Assembly (NCBI GenBank): GCA_040437565.1
Contig: JBDOQK010000054.1
Coordinates: 124,001 to 188,000, forward strand
Length of the DNA: 64,000 nt
Direction: 5' to 3'
Origin: Albugo candida
Lineage: Eukaryota
The notes under the pieces were generated by a model. That model saw only the letters and a list, made by a program, of their open reading frames with translations, had not been told where the DNA came from and did no database searches. The position numbers were made by a program, and so were the translations under genes. Every line of letters starts with the position of its first letter. Within the stretch, counting starts at the first letter, position 1. This document shows positions 12,306 through 22,331 of this stretch, piece after piece.

Positions 12306-13247
12306 TCAAACAATCGGAACGTCGGCGTTAGTTGTGCTTTGTGGAACATTGTTGTAAACGATTGCTCCTTTTGAGAATGCAGGATGCTACGGCCAAACAT
12401 TAGATCATACTCTAATGAAATGCAGAGACTTACCTGAGATATTACGAAATAATTGAAAAATGCGTTGACGAAAAGTAATGAAGCGTCCAAGATTGTAAGC
12501 CAAAAGTTCCCCATCGATAAAGGCCAAATTGCAATACTGTACAGCACGTTGTCAGATTTGATTGACATATCAGCGATGTAGCTCATTCGTACAACACGAG
12601 AAAGAATGTTCGAGTGCTGTTTCCATACATAAACCCAAAGTTTTCACGAAGAAGTAGATCGATTTTCTCTGTTCGCAATTCGAAAGCGAGGAGCAATGCA
12701 CCAAACATACTACACACCATTATTAACACAATGATAGGAGACGGAATGGACGTTTTGCGTACATGATGTAAATCCCTGCGATACATTTCTGGAAGCTATT
12801 CACATGGCCGAAAATCCACGCAAGCACACCCACAGCGATGGTAGCTGATGCCAATAACATATTCATAAATCGCATGACGCGTAATATAGTGTCGCTGCTG
12901 GATGATTTGATTCTAAGAAATGTATATTTTGTGAGAAAAATCCATCAATCAGACTCAAGTCTGCTTACGAAGTGCCAAGTTCTTCAATAAGGTTTATACG
13001 ATGAACAGTATTGACACCGTTACCGAGCGGTGTTGATGGAGGGAGCTGCGACGCATTCCACTGATTATGTGGTCCACTAGAGATGGGAGGACTTGCTGGA
13101 GGAGCGTAGGATGGAAACTACAGAAGCACCGCTTAAAACTTGATGCTTCCTTAAAAGAGCTTTTCTTACTTTTTGAGGATCCAAAGAAGGCTCCATTGTC
13201 GGCGATTGTGCTCGTAAAACGGAAGGGTCCTGAAACGGATTGTTCAT
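12306..13247 (-). CDS. COPI-associated (Tvp15-like) Golgi membrane protein, multi-exon
   Basis: Exons include ILRVMRFMNMLLASATIAVG, MFGALLLAFELR..IDLLLRENFGFMYGNSTRTFFLV, LLFVNAFFNYFVISQ and HPAF, which match the family pattern. Confidence 0.75.
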
Positions 13248-14077
13248 GTCTGTGAGCAGCGTCAAGTTCCAATCTAATTGAGCGTAACGATTCGAACGCA
13301 ACAAATTCTAAGAAAGGAGTTGCTTTAATTAGATCCTACTTAAATGGCCTAAAATAGCGTATTCCGTGAATCGAGATTGTCGCTATTTGGGAAAAACACA
13401 ACGTATACTGTATACCACGTCATGAGAAGCGCTTTTGGCTAAGAGTTTCCCCAACGTTATTGCCGTAAATACTCGCTACCTAGTTGACAATACGCAAAGA
13501 AGAGAGATGTAAAATAGTCCGAATAGAAACCGCTTTGGATATATTTTATTTTGGTCGCGAATAAAGCTTCCGTTTCAACAGAGAGGCTGGTTGAATTCGT
13601 ATGATCTCAATCGGCTTGAAGAATACATTTGGATGGAATCGCACTCCGTGGAAGAATTCAGAAGTCGGAGTCGCGTCCAACTACGCGTTATCCATGATAA
13701 AGCTTCAAGCAGCTACGAATTGAGTGCCGAAGATCCGTGTTTCTCGCATCGTGGAAAGCTATCGCTATCGCATTCATTCCAGGTATCACAGCCGGTACCG
13801 CCAAAACACGTACCAAATGACAGCAAAAGCTTCTATTCGCCGAATTGTCCGATTCATTTACACAGTCTGAGCTTATGGAGGAGACGATATCCGGCGCAAT
13901 GGCAGCAGAAAAAGTCACCAAAGCTGAAAGAATACGCCACAGCAGATAGTAAGCACTACGCGGAAACCGCACATCAAAGCTCATAAGGCAAAGTGGGATT
14001 TGAAAGATCGCTGTATCATCAAAACTTCATAAAATACAAGACCATAAAGCAGGCGGCACGGTGGTTTTATCTTTGGT

Positions 14078-14993
14078 CTACTTTAACAAATACACTGTTA
14101 ATGAATTGCAGAATGAATGTAAAGTAAGAACCTCTTTCTGCTTTGCGGCTACGAACTGCGGAGGTGACGTAGCTAGTGCTTCATCGATAGAAGTCTTTGG
14201 TCGTTTGATCGCTTGCCCAACCTTTTTCACAGCGTGAGATTCGAGAGGAATGTCAATTTCTCGTACCACTTCTGTGACTGCTTTGAGCTCGTCGACCACC
14301 GTGGAAATTGACTGCGATTTTTGTGTCATCTAATGAAAATCCATCAGCAACTCATACAAAGTCCAATATCTCGTTCTTAACATGTGTGAAGCTTTTCTCA
14401 ATGGCGTTAATATCAAGTGTGCACGTGTTCGGAATGCGTTCGCTGTCGACATTATTATCCACGACATTATCTACCGTCCGCTTTCTCCCGCTTTCAAGAG
14501 CGCATTCCATTCGCGTTTGAATCATTTTTAGCACCTTGGAAGATACTCAAACTTCACTCGATTTTCGTTAGATTCATACATTTTTTCGAAGCGTTTGTAA
14601 ATTCTCTTTTTTCAGCTGTATCTCTTCTTGCAACTGAGACACTCGGCGAGCGGCTTTGTTATCTGCAGGCTCAATAACGTCTTCTACGCGATGAATTTCC
14701 CAATAAACTACTTTTATACATCAACGATAAGCGTACCTTGCACGATAGGATTGTACTGTTTGATCACAGAGCAAAATATACTCGCGCATAAATCCTTGAC
14801 ATGCGCTCGGAATATCTAGCATCCATTGACATTAAAACACGCAATGCGTCCATCACTACCGCATCACCTCATTCTGAGCTTCTGATAGATCTTTGCATTC
14901 GCTTTGTATCGCTTTCATCGCTCGATCCGCGCAGAATCCTTGCGCTTGCTTTAATTCCGCATATTTATACCGAGAATTGATGGCATTCGTCAT
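14078..14993 (-). CDS. Hypothetical multi-exon coiled-coil protein
   Basis: Consecutive minus-strand exons with GT-AG borders: MTNAINSRYKYAELKQ... / NKAARRVSQLQEEIQLKKENLQTLRK / VLKMIQTRMECALE... / MTQKSQSISTVVDELK.... The 3' end is uncertain. Confidence 0.5.
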
Positions 14994-15029
14994 TCTCGAC
15001 TTGACCTTGAAACGTCCTAGAATAAGCTC

Positions 15030-18000
15030 ATGCAAGCTTCCTCGAAAAAAGTCGTCGGAGATGAGAATTCCCATCGAATTCCGCCATCCTCCCACGACAC
15101 CACAGACAGAGTACGTACCCCTCCACCGAAATCAACGAAAGACCATCCGTCCGTCGCAAATTCACACAAAATGCTCCAAGAAAACATCGATACTGAAGCC
15201 GTTCTTTTCCCCAAAATCGGACGATTATTGCGTCGAGATCGACGATTTCCGACATGGAAATGGCGAGATTTCGTATTAGAACGTGATCGCTTGCAGTATT
15301 TCAGTGTAAAAGGCAGCCGAAAAGGCGAAATTTGTATCAACGAAAGCACTCCGATTTCCATACGGAAAATTGATACGCTGAGGCCCCACAGCTTTATCAT
15401 TTACATCAAAAATGAGAAAATCACGCTGGCTGCTGGAAGCGAACAGGAAAGGGAGTCATGGATCGATATATTTCAAACGCATTTCCACGCGAATATCGAA
15501 ATTGTCAGCTCACAAACAGGAGAAAAAATGAAGAAAAAACCAGCTTTTGTTCAGCTTCCAGACGCCACAATCACTGAATTTTCCGAGGAAATTAGTGATC
15601 ATGACGTTGGGGAAGATAGTTTTAATGCACAAGTGTTACCAATGGCTGAGAAAAACTCGCAATTTCTCAGTATCGAGAAATCTCACACCGCTGAGCCTAA
15701 TCCTTTGGAAACGATGCGGAAGGAATCTGATATGACATTTGGACCGCTGAAAGAAGAATTCTCAAAAATTATATTCCCAGCTAAATTACCGACACATGAA
15801 TACCTTTTGGGCGTGGGTCCTCTTGTGCGGCGTTTAGGTTGGAGTGACGAGCGGATTCTCGCGGTGGGTCTATACATCGATGCGGAGAGCGCTTGGAAGG
15901 AGCTTTGTCAAATCAATCTCGATCGATTCACATCGTATCCAGCCAGAAGAAGTAGCACCATTCTCAGTAGATGTAATAGCACGTTGAGTGAAGAAAGCAC
16001 AGGACAGAAAAACAGCTCCAAACGAGCAGTTCGGGTAGTCAAGCGATTGATTGCATACGGAGACCAATCTTTTTATAATGATTTTCTCTTGCGCACAACA
16101 TTTCGCCGTATTTTTGTGATTTCTTCTCGAAAACGCGTCTCTCGATCCGTTCTGATCGCTTTACTACACGACGAATTACAATTTCGCGTTGGAAGCGATG
16201 CAAAAGAGGCTTTAGAGATGTTTCTCGCGTTTATCGAAAAATCGCTCAAAAAGACAGAATCGATGGTATTCCGACTCCAACCGGACGGAACGTTGGAATT
16301 CGTATTTCGAGGCACTTGTTTCCCTCCAATTGCGTCGACAGCGCTTTGTCGAGCGCTTCAAGCAATGTTTTTCGACCTCAACTCCATCCAATTTGACGCA
16401 AAACGAGGATTAGTCGCAAGACTTCCATCAATGTGGGTCCACAGTGAGCTCGAGGAAGCACCTATGACCACTGACATGCAAAAAAGCGGGATTGGTACCA
16501 GCGGCGATGAGATGGATGACGAGGATGACGAGGACGACGATGAGCTGGAAGATCAGAGTGATGAAAGTAAGACTACAAGCCCCGAAAAAGAGCGATCGGA
16601 TTCCGCACAAAACGCCCGAGAAAATGAGATTTTGTATCGATCGAGACGACATACGATGCAGAAATTGTTCGATGTGACTGTGGAAGGCGATGAGGCAGTT
16701 GTGCCGACCGAGCTCCAATACCAGTTGTCCACTCGACTCGGATCGATGGTCGATTCGACATCACACATTCCGTATCCGGGAAATCTGCCTGAGATCGATG
16801 GTAGCGTGCTTCTTGGCACGTGGTCTGCTTCTCCTTCTCGTTCTTTAGACCAACAAATGACTTGTGTTGGACTGTATGTGGACCCCGTGGATGCAAGTGA
16901 TTGCCTGCTTGTGTATAAAGGCCAATCTGTAGGGAGTATCATCGACCATCCCAACTTCTTCACACAATTTGGTCAAGGCGCATTTTCAAAGCATTTTGTA
17001 TTCAAAGTCTGTCAGAGAATGGAAATCTCACAATTGATCCAACAAATAGCAAAGTTGCAACAACTCGTAGTGATCAAGCATAATGCAAGCGCTCTATCGG
17101 ACCAGCAGGCGAGTGAGATTACAGATCCATCAGTTCAAGCATTCATGGAAGCTTTCAGGCCGCATTGGAGTCAACGGATTGAAGCGCTGGAACAGCTCAT
17201 TTTCTCAATCGATAGAAAAAACGAAATGGAAGCGAGATTTTACGCGTTGAATACCGATTCCGAGCATACGGAATCATGGAGGATTCTTGTGCCGCATCAA
17301 ATTGTGGCATTGTTATTCCAAAGAGCGTTTTATGGTAAATTATTGATCGACCCGATGTCTCGAATTCGACTTCTTCAACGACTTCCGACGCTTTTGGATT
17401 TGGCAAAAGATGATTTGGTGCACACGTATCACGATGAGATTCGAGTGTTGCGTGAGAATTACATGCGTCAGCGACCAGAACATCGGGTTAAAGTAGGCTA
17501 TATGCTGCTATCATATGAGAAGCGAAAACGTATTGTGACCCAAGCAGATGGAAACAAAAGCTCCGTGACAATTCGATCTCGCTGGGCACGTCGATGGTGT
17601 CGACTGGATGGCTCCTGCTTCTCGTACTATTCCAGCAAGCGAAAAAAACATCCGCGTCAAGTGATCGATATAACGTGCTGTAAAGTTGCAGAGATTAAAA
17701 GCTCCGATACCTCGACTTTCTCAATCTTTGCATCGGATGGACAAGCATTTCGTCAGAGTCTCACTATCGGCATGGAGCAAATGGACGGCAAGCTTTTAGC
17801 TTTGAAGACTGAGAGTGTATACGATGGAGCAGATTGGCTTGAATGTCTTCTAGAGGCTCAGAAAATACCAAGCACAATGCCTCCCTTTTTGAAAAGTAGC
17901 GATCCAGATGCAAGCTTGAATCTACGGACCTATAAAGACGAGCATCAAAGCACAATGACGCTTCCTGGTAGCTCATCGGCACAGACGCCGGATGAGATTG

Positions 18001-18176
18001 ACGTTCAACCAGCCGCAAGTTTGGATGTAAAGAATGGTGGAACGATCGCCAATACGACGATATCGATGGTTGAGTGTCGAAAAGAAGGATCAATATGGCT
18101 CTGGCTGCAAGAGGACGCACGACATCGAATGCTACTTATCGCATGGTTTCTTATTGTATGGTTATCGGGCAAGTAG
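15030..18176 (+). CDS. 1048-aa PH + two chalcone-isomerase-like (CHI-fold) domains + PH + hydrophobic C-tail protein
   Basis: PH1: KIGRLLRR...TWKWRDFVLERDRLQYF...KGEI...LAAGSEQERESWIDI. CHI1: IIFPAKL..EYLLGVG...ILAVGLYID...IASTALCRALQAMFF...DAKRGL. CHI2: DSTSHIPYP...LLGTW...CVGLYVD...LFQRAFYG...DPMSRIRL. PH2: KVGYML...RWARRWCRLDGSCFSYY...LKTESVYDGADWLECL. Confidence 0.8.
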   Translation: MQASSKKVVGDENSHRIPPSSHDTTDRVRTPPPKSTKDHPSVANSHKMLQENIDTEAVLFPKIGRLLRRDRRFPTWKWRDFVLERDRLQYFSVKGSRKGEICINESTPISIRKIDTLRPHSFIIYIKNEKITLAAGSEQERESWIDIFQTHFHANIEIVSSQTGEKMKKKPAFVQLPDATITEFSEEISDHDVGEDSFNAQVLPMAEKNSQFLSIEKSHTAEPNPLETMRKESDMTFGPLKEEFSKIIFPAKLPTHEYLLGVGPLVRRLGWSDERILAVGLYIDAESAWKELCQINLDRFTSYPARRSSTILSRCNSTLSEESTGQKNSSKRAVRVVKRLIAYGDQSFYNDFLLRTTFRRIFVISSRKRVSRSVLIALLHDELQFRVGSDAKEALEMFLAFIEKSLKKTESMVFRLQPDGTLEFVFRGTCFPPIASTALCRALQAMFFDLNSIQFDAKRGLVARLPSMWVHSELEEAPMTTDMQKSGIGTSGDEMDDEDDEDDDELEDQSDESKTTSPEKERSDSAQNARENEILYRSRRHTMQKLFDVTVEGDEAVVPTELQYQLSTRLGSMVDSTSHIPYPGNLPEIDGSVLLGTWSASPSRSLDQQMTCVGLYVDPVDASDCLLVYKGQSVGSIIDHPNFFTQFGQGAFSKHFVFKVCQRMEISQLIQQIAKLQQLVVIKHNASALSDQQASEITDPSVQAFMEAFRPHWSQRIEALEQLIFSIDRKNEMEARFYALNTDSEHTESWRILVPHQIVALLFQRAFYGKLLIDPMSRIRLLQRLPTLLDLAKDDLVHTYHDEIRVLRENYMRQRPEHRVKVGYMLLSYEKRKRIVTQADGNKSSVTIRSRWARRWCRLDGSCFSYYSSKRKKHPRQVIDITCCKVAEIKSSDTSTFSIFASDGQAFRQSLTIGMEQMDGKLLALKTESVYDGADWLECLLEAQKIPSTMPPFLKSSDPDASLNLRTYKDEHQSTMTLPGSSSAQTPDEIDVQPAASLDVKNGGTIANTTISMVECRKEGSIWLWLQEDARHRMLLIAWFLIVWLSGK

Positions 18177-18200
18177 TTGTTTTGATGTTGGAATTCTTTG

Positions 18201-18440
18201 CTACTCGCTAAGCCACCACAACATGAATCTATCGAAATGAATCATATTTGTCTTTTCGTCTTTCAAACTTTGTGCAGCAGCCTGTAGCTCTTCTTTGTCA
18301 AATTGCTCGCCGAGTTGGTAGCATAGCGCGTCGAGCTTCCCCACAGGAATCGCATTGATATGAAGTGTGTCCCATGAGTGGAAAATGCTTTTGAAAGCCT
18401 CCAAACGCTCTTCCGAAAGCCCGTAATTCTCATCGGTCAT
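18201..18440 (-). CDS. Small EF-hand (calmodulin-lobe-like) protein, 79 aa
   Basis: LSEERLEAFKSIFHSWDTLHINAI...LCYQLGE...ELQAAAQSLKDEKTNMIHFDRFMLWW: a degenerate EF-hand pair. Confidence 0.75.
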   Translation of the reverse strand: MTDENYGLSEERLEAFKSIFHSWDTLHINAIPVGKLDALCYQLGEQFDKEELQAAAQSLKDEKTNMIHFDRFMLWWLSE

Positions 18441-18471
18441 TTCAAAGAGTCTTTTCAGTCTGAAGCCAATT

Positions 18472-20089
18472 ATGGACGCACAACTATGCGCTTCCAGCGG
18501 GTGTGTCCATCAGAGAGCGCTCCATCAGGTTTTGTGCTTTTTATATGCTTTTCTTCTTTTTCACGGCTTTGTAGATGGAAGACAGACGAGCAAACGACAT
18601 GGAGGCGTGTGGCCAGCAAGTGTTTGCGCTAGAGGAAGCATTACTCTGTTCGAAACAGACAATTTCCACCTTACAGCAAAAGAATATATCGCTGCAAATT
18701 GAATTGTGTCAGGCCCAAATAAACGCTTCTCACTGCCATAAAGAGCATCAAACGCTCTTTGTGGCTCATGAGACTCAGCAGCGAGTGAGAAGAGTGAATT
18801 TTCTATCCAAAACGTTTGATGGATTTTGAATAGACAGCGAAATTAATGGAAAAGCAGCTTCATACATTGCGTGAAAATGTGAGCTTATTCACAACGCGAA
18901 TCGATACGCTCTGTGCGGAGAAGAATGACCACATTTTTCTGGTAAGAAATCTGCGTCAAAGTCTGTGAATTGATTTGTTTTGTGGCAGGTAGCAGCACTC
19001 GAACAAAAGCTCGAAAAATGTCATTTCGCGGCAGTCCAATTCGATGAAAAATTGCGAGAAATGAATAAAAGTTTGATACAAAATGTGAGTCGAAGACGAA
19101 TGGTTGTGATCGATTTACGCGCTCATTCAATGCGATAGAAAAACATTTCGAAACAAATGAAAAATCAGTTGCGATGCAAAGAGAAGGAAATCGCATTATG
19201 GAAGCGGAGGTATCCATTGAGCGTCCCAAAGCATCACACGGAGCATCGCGAGGCGCAGACCGATACATTCACGCAGCAGAATCGCAACAATCTAAAGTTC
19301 AAAGATACATCCCATGCAATTGGTATCTTTGCACAAAGCTTTGATTCCTTCCAACGCGAAATACGGACACAACTTTTTTCATTCTCAGAGTGTATGAACG
19401 AATTCGCAAGTACGCTCAAAGTGACAGCTAATAGAGCTGTATCAAAAGTGAAGGAGGAAATGCAAAGGCGGAAANNNNNNNNNNNNNNNNNNNNNNNNNN
19501 NNNNNNNNNNNNNNNNNNNNNNNNNNNNNNNNNNNNNNNNNNNNNNNNNNNNNNNNNNNNNNNNNNNNNNNNNNTTGCACAAAGCTTTGATTCCTTCCAA
19601 CGCGAAATACGGACACAACTTTTTTCATTCTCAGAGTGTATGAACGAATTCGCAAGTACGCTCAAAGTGACAGCTAATAGAGCTGTATCAAAAGTGAAGG
19701 AGGAAATGCAAAGGCGGAAAGAGCAGAGCGATTTAAGCCTGGAAGATCTCAGAATCAAATGGAGTCATCAGCTCGCGTATTGCAATCAAACGCACAACAA
19801 ACGAGCGATCGCTCTCCATACTGCGCTCCACAAACAGCAGAATAAATTTTCCTGCCTCCAAACATTTCAAAATTGGCGTATTTTTCGATACAAAGTGTTT
19901 ATCGGTCAAATCACCCATGAAAATATGCTCGTATTCGCCTTCAATCAAAGAGAACGGATGAACAGCTCATTGAAACAGGATGAAATGTGGAAGCGATGGC
20001 GATCTATAAACCCCGGAATGCGTCAAAAAGCCCAGCATTCTTCCGCAGGCTCAAGCCCAAACAATATATTGGAGCGTCCATTTCTATAA
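18472..20089 (+). CDS. Hypothetical multi-exon coiled-coil protein; spans a gap
   Basis: MDAQLCASSGCVHQRALHQ splices into MEDRRANDMEACGQQVFALEEAL..., with further heptad-rich exons to 20089. Confidence 0.55.
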
Positions 20090-20139
20090 ATAAGCAGCCG
20101 GTAAGAGCGTTAAGACGAAAATCCCACGCACAATGAGCG

Positions 20140-20877
20140 ATGTCGAGTGAGAGTTTTCAATTTCTCGTTGCGATAGAAATGGTCAGTAGCGGTCATTCAT
20201 CACTGCTTTTCGCTTCTCCGTCAAAGTTGGGGCCTTATAACGCATACGCTGCTTTTCTTCCCACAGAAAATCGATTCAAATGGCATCAATACGATCAAAC
20301 TCTGAGCGATACGATGGGATGTGAAGCCACAAATGGCAATACATCACGAGGGAAGAGCTTTGGAACCAGTACGCGTGAGAATTGGGATGTCACAAAGGCT
20401 GGAAGGAAGCAAAGCCCCGGGCCAAATGCATACAATCTACGCGATTCTTTCGGGACACAGCCACTTTCAGAACACAAGACAGCTGTTGGCGCCAAGTTTG
20501 ATAAAGCACCGCGTGTCTCACTGCATGATCATTCTTCTCCGAGCCCGGGTCCAATTTACGACATATTTTCGAGTTCGGGGCATAGAACGACATCAAATGG
20601 AACAAAATTTGGGTCAGCTGAACGCCAGCCACTGCACGGCAATTTTGAAAAAGAAGGGATGCAGTCGGGGTCCAATGCATTAGGAGCGGATACCAAAAGC
20701 TCGTTCTCGTACAAGAAATCTTGGGGACGCGGATCAGGTACCACATTTGGCTGTGAGAAGCGATTGCAGGGAGACCGATCGACCAAATCAGTGCCCGGTC
20801 CCATCTACGATCTCGATCCTACCGGATACAAAACTGGCGGTGTGTTGTCATTCACAAAAGAGAAGCGATTTCGATAG
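20140..20877 (+). CDS. SHIPPO/ODF3-like PGP-repeat (probable flagellar microtubule) protein; 5' end uncertain
   Basis: Repeated SPGPNAY, SPGPIYD and VPGPIYD, each with F-G/D-x-x-x-R segments. Confidence 0.7.
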   Translation: MSSESFQFLVAIEMVSSGHSSLLFASPSKLGPYNAYAAFLPTENRFKWHQYDQTLSDTMGCEATNGNTSRGKSFGTSTRENWDVTKAGRKQSPGPNAYNLRDSFGTQPLSEHKTAVGAKFDKAPRVSLHDHSSPSPGPIYDIFSSSGHRTTSNGTKFGSAERQPLHGNFEKEGMQSGSNALGADTKSSFSYKKSWGRGSGTTFGCEKRLQGDRSTKSVPGPIYDLDPTGYKTGGVLSFTKEKRFR

Positions 20878-20982
20878 AAAGGAGTAATAATGGGCAAAGA
20901 AATGTATCATTTGCTTTCCGATAAGAACGAGTTTCTCCATCCATTCTCTCCTAATTGGAAGCCTGTGGGTGAATCGGACTGA

Positions 20983-22065
20983 TTACATGAGTTCGGCTGT
21001 GATCTCTTTGGGTGCTTTCAATTCAGCATGAGTCAAATTGCATCGCTTCTTGTAAGCGTCCAATTCCGATTGAAACGCAACTTGTTCGGCTTCCGTGAGA
21101 GGCACAACGGTACCCTGTTGTGCTTCCAGTTTCTCGGCACAACTACGCAATTCCTTCGCGAATAACGCGGCGATTTCATCTTCCTTCTCGTCATCCATAT
21201 CTGACTGAGATAAAATGTTGAGCGCATGCTTCAATGCAGCGGCTTTGGTCGATTTTCCTCCTTTCACGAGAATGGAACGGACGTTCTCCGTAGCTTTTCT
21301 GATCAGAGCTTTCTTCAATTCCGCATTACATTCATCTTCTATGCTTTTTATCGCATCGAGATTTCTTATAAAAGTTTTCCGCGTTTCATGACGAAGCTTA
21401 TACGCCTGAACTTGGCACATCAAAGCAACTGCGTCCTTGTGCGCTTCAGTGACAAGCGCAACGTCATCGCGGATCGCCAATAGCGATTCGTGAGCTTTGA
21501 GCGTCTCCTTTGCCAATTCGATATTGGCATCTTCCACAGCGTTATGCTCTCTACAAAAAGCCATTCAATACAAAAACTCATATAAAAAGCGATTTCGTAC
21601 TGTAAAATTGCTTGCGCTCGAGCGTCAAAATACGACGAAACAGCATTTCCTCCGAATTTGTACACTGAAGTACAAAATAAGAAAAAGCAGGCAGCCAATT
21701 GTGTTTCCTCGTTAATGACGTAAATCTAATAGAAAAAACTGAGGCTGAAGTATTTCGTCGCTACATGAGATTTAACACGCACTCCTTTGCTCAATATTGG
21801 GATCGCCAAAGCGACTGCGATGGGCGCACTGACTTTCCAATCATCGAGGCCGTATCTCTGCACCAGACTTTGTTTTTCGTTGGTTGTGGGCTCTTCCACA
21901 GATGTCTCTACAAAACGCCACAAGTATCAGCCGATAGAGTTTAAAGGTGTGAACATTAGAAAGCATACTTTGCTCCAATGCATGCGAACTCAAACTCCGA
22001 AAAGCTGGTCGTAACGGAAGCGTATTGAGACGGTAAGATCGTACCGCAGTGCGAAGCATTTTCAT
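20983..22065 (-). CDS. ATP4: Mitochondrial ATP synthase Fo subunit b (nuclear-encoded), multi-exon
   Basis: Mitochondrial presequence MKMLRTAVRSYRL.... Hydrophobic APIAVALAIPILSKG / IYVINEETQLAACFFLFCTSVYKFGGNAVSSYFD, then a long helical stalk. YVINEET is typical of subunit b. Confidence 0.75.
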
Positions 22066-22331
22066 TCAAATTTTGAGGAGGAGAGCTTCGGACTTAATCG
22101 GAGCATGAATTACTAAATTACGATTCTAGCCGATATTTAGAAGCGCTATTTCATGGAATGTGGTGACCGATGAAAGTAGCGATAACACGTTTGACACGGT
22201 GTATTTATCAAACAGCTTGAATAAGTATGGAAGAGTGTCAACGACCACGTACACTACAGATGAATTACAAAAAAATTACATTCAATTAGCGCCCTACAGC
22301 AAGAAAACATCCATGTAAAAAATCCCACAGA

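Noticed and set aside
13591-13986. Overlapping ORFs on both strands
   Set aside because: No recognisable domain or convincing exon chain. It could be UTR or an unresolved small gene.
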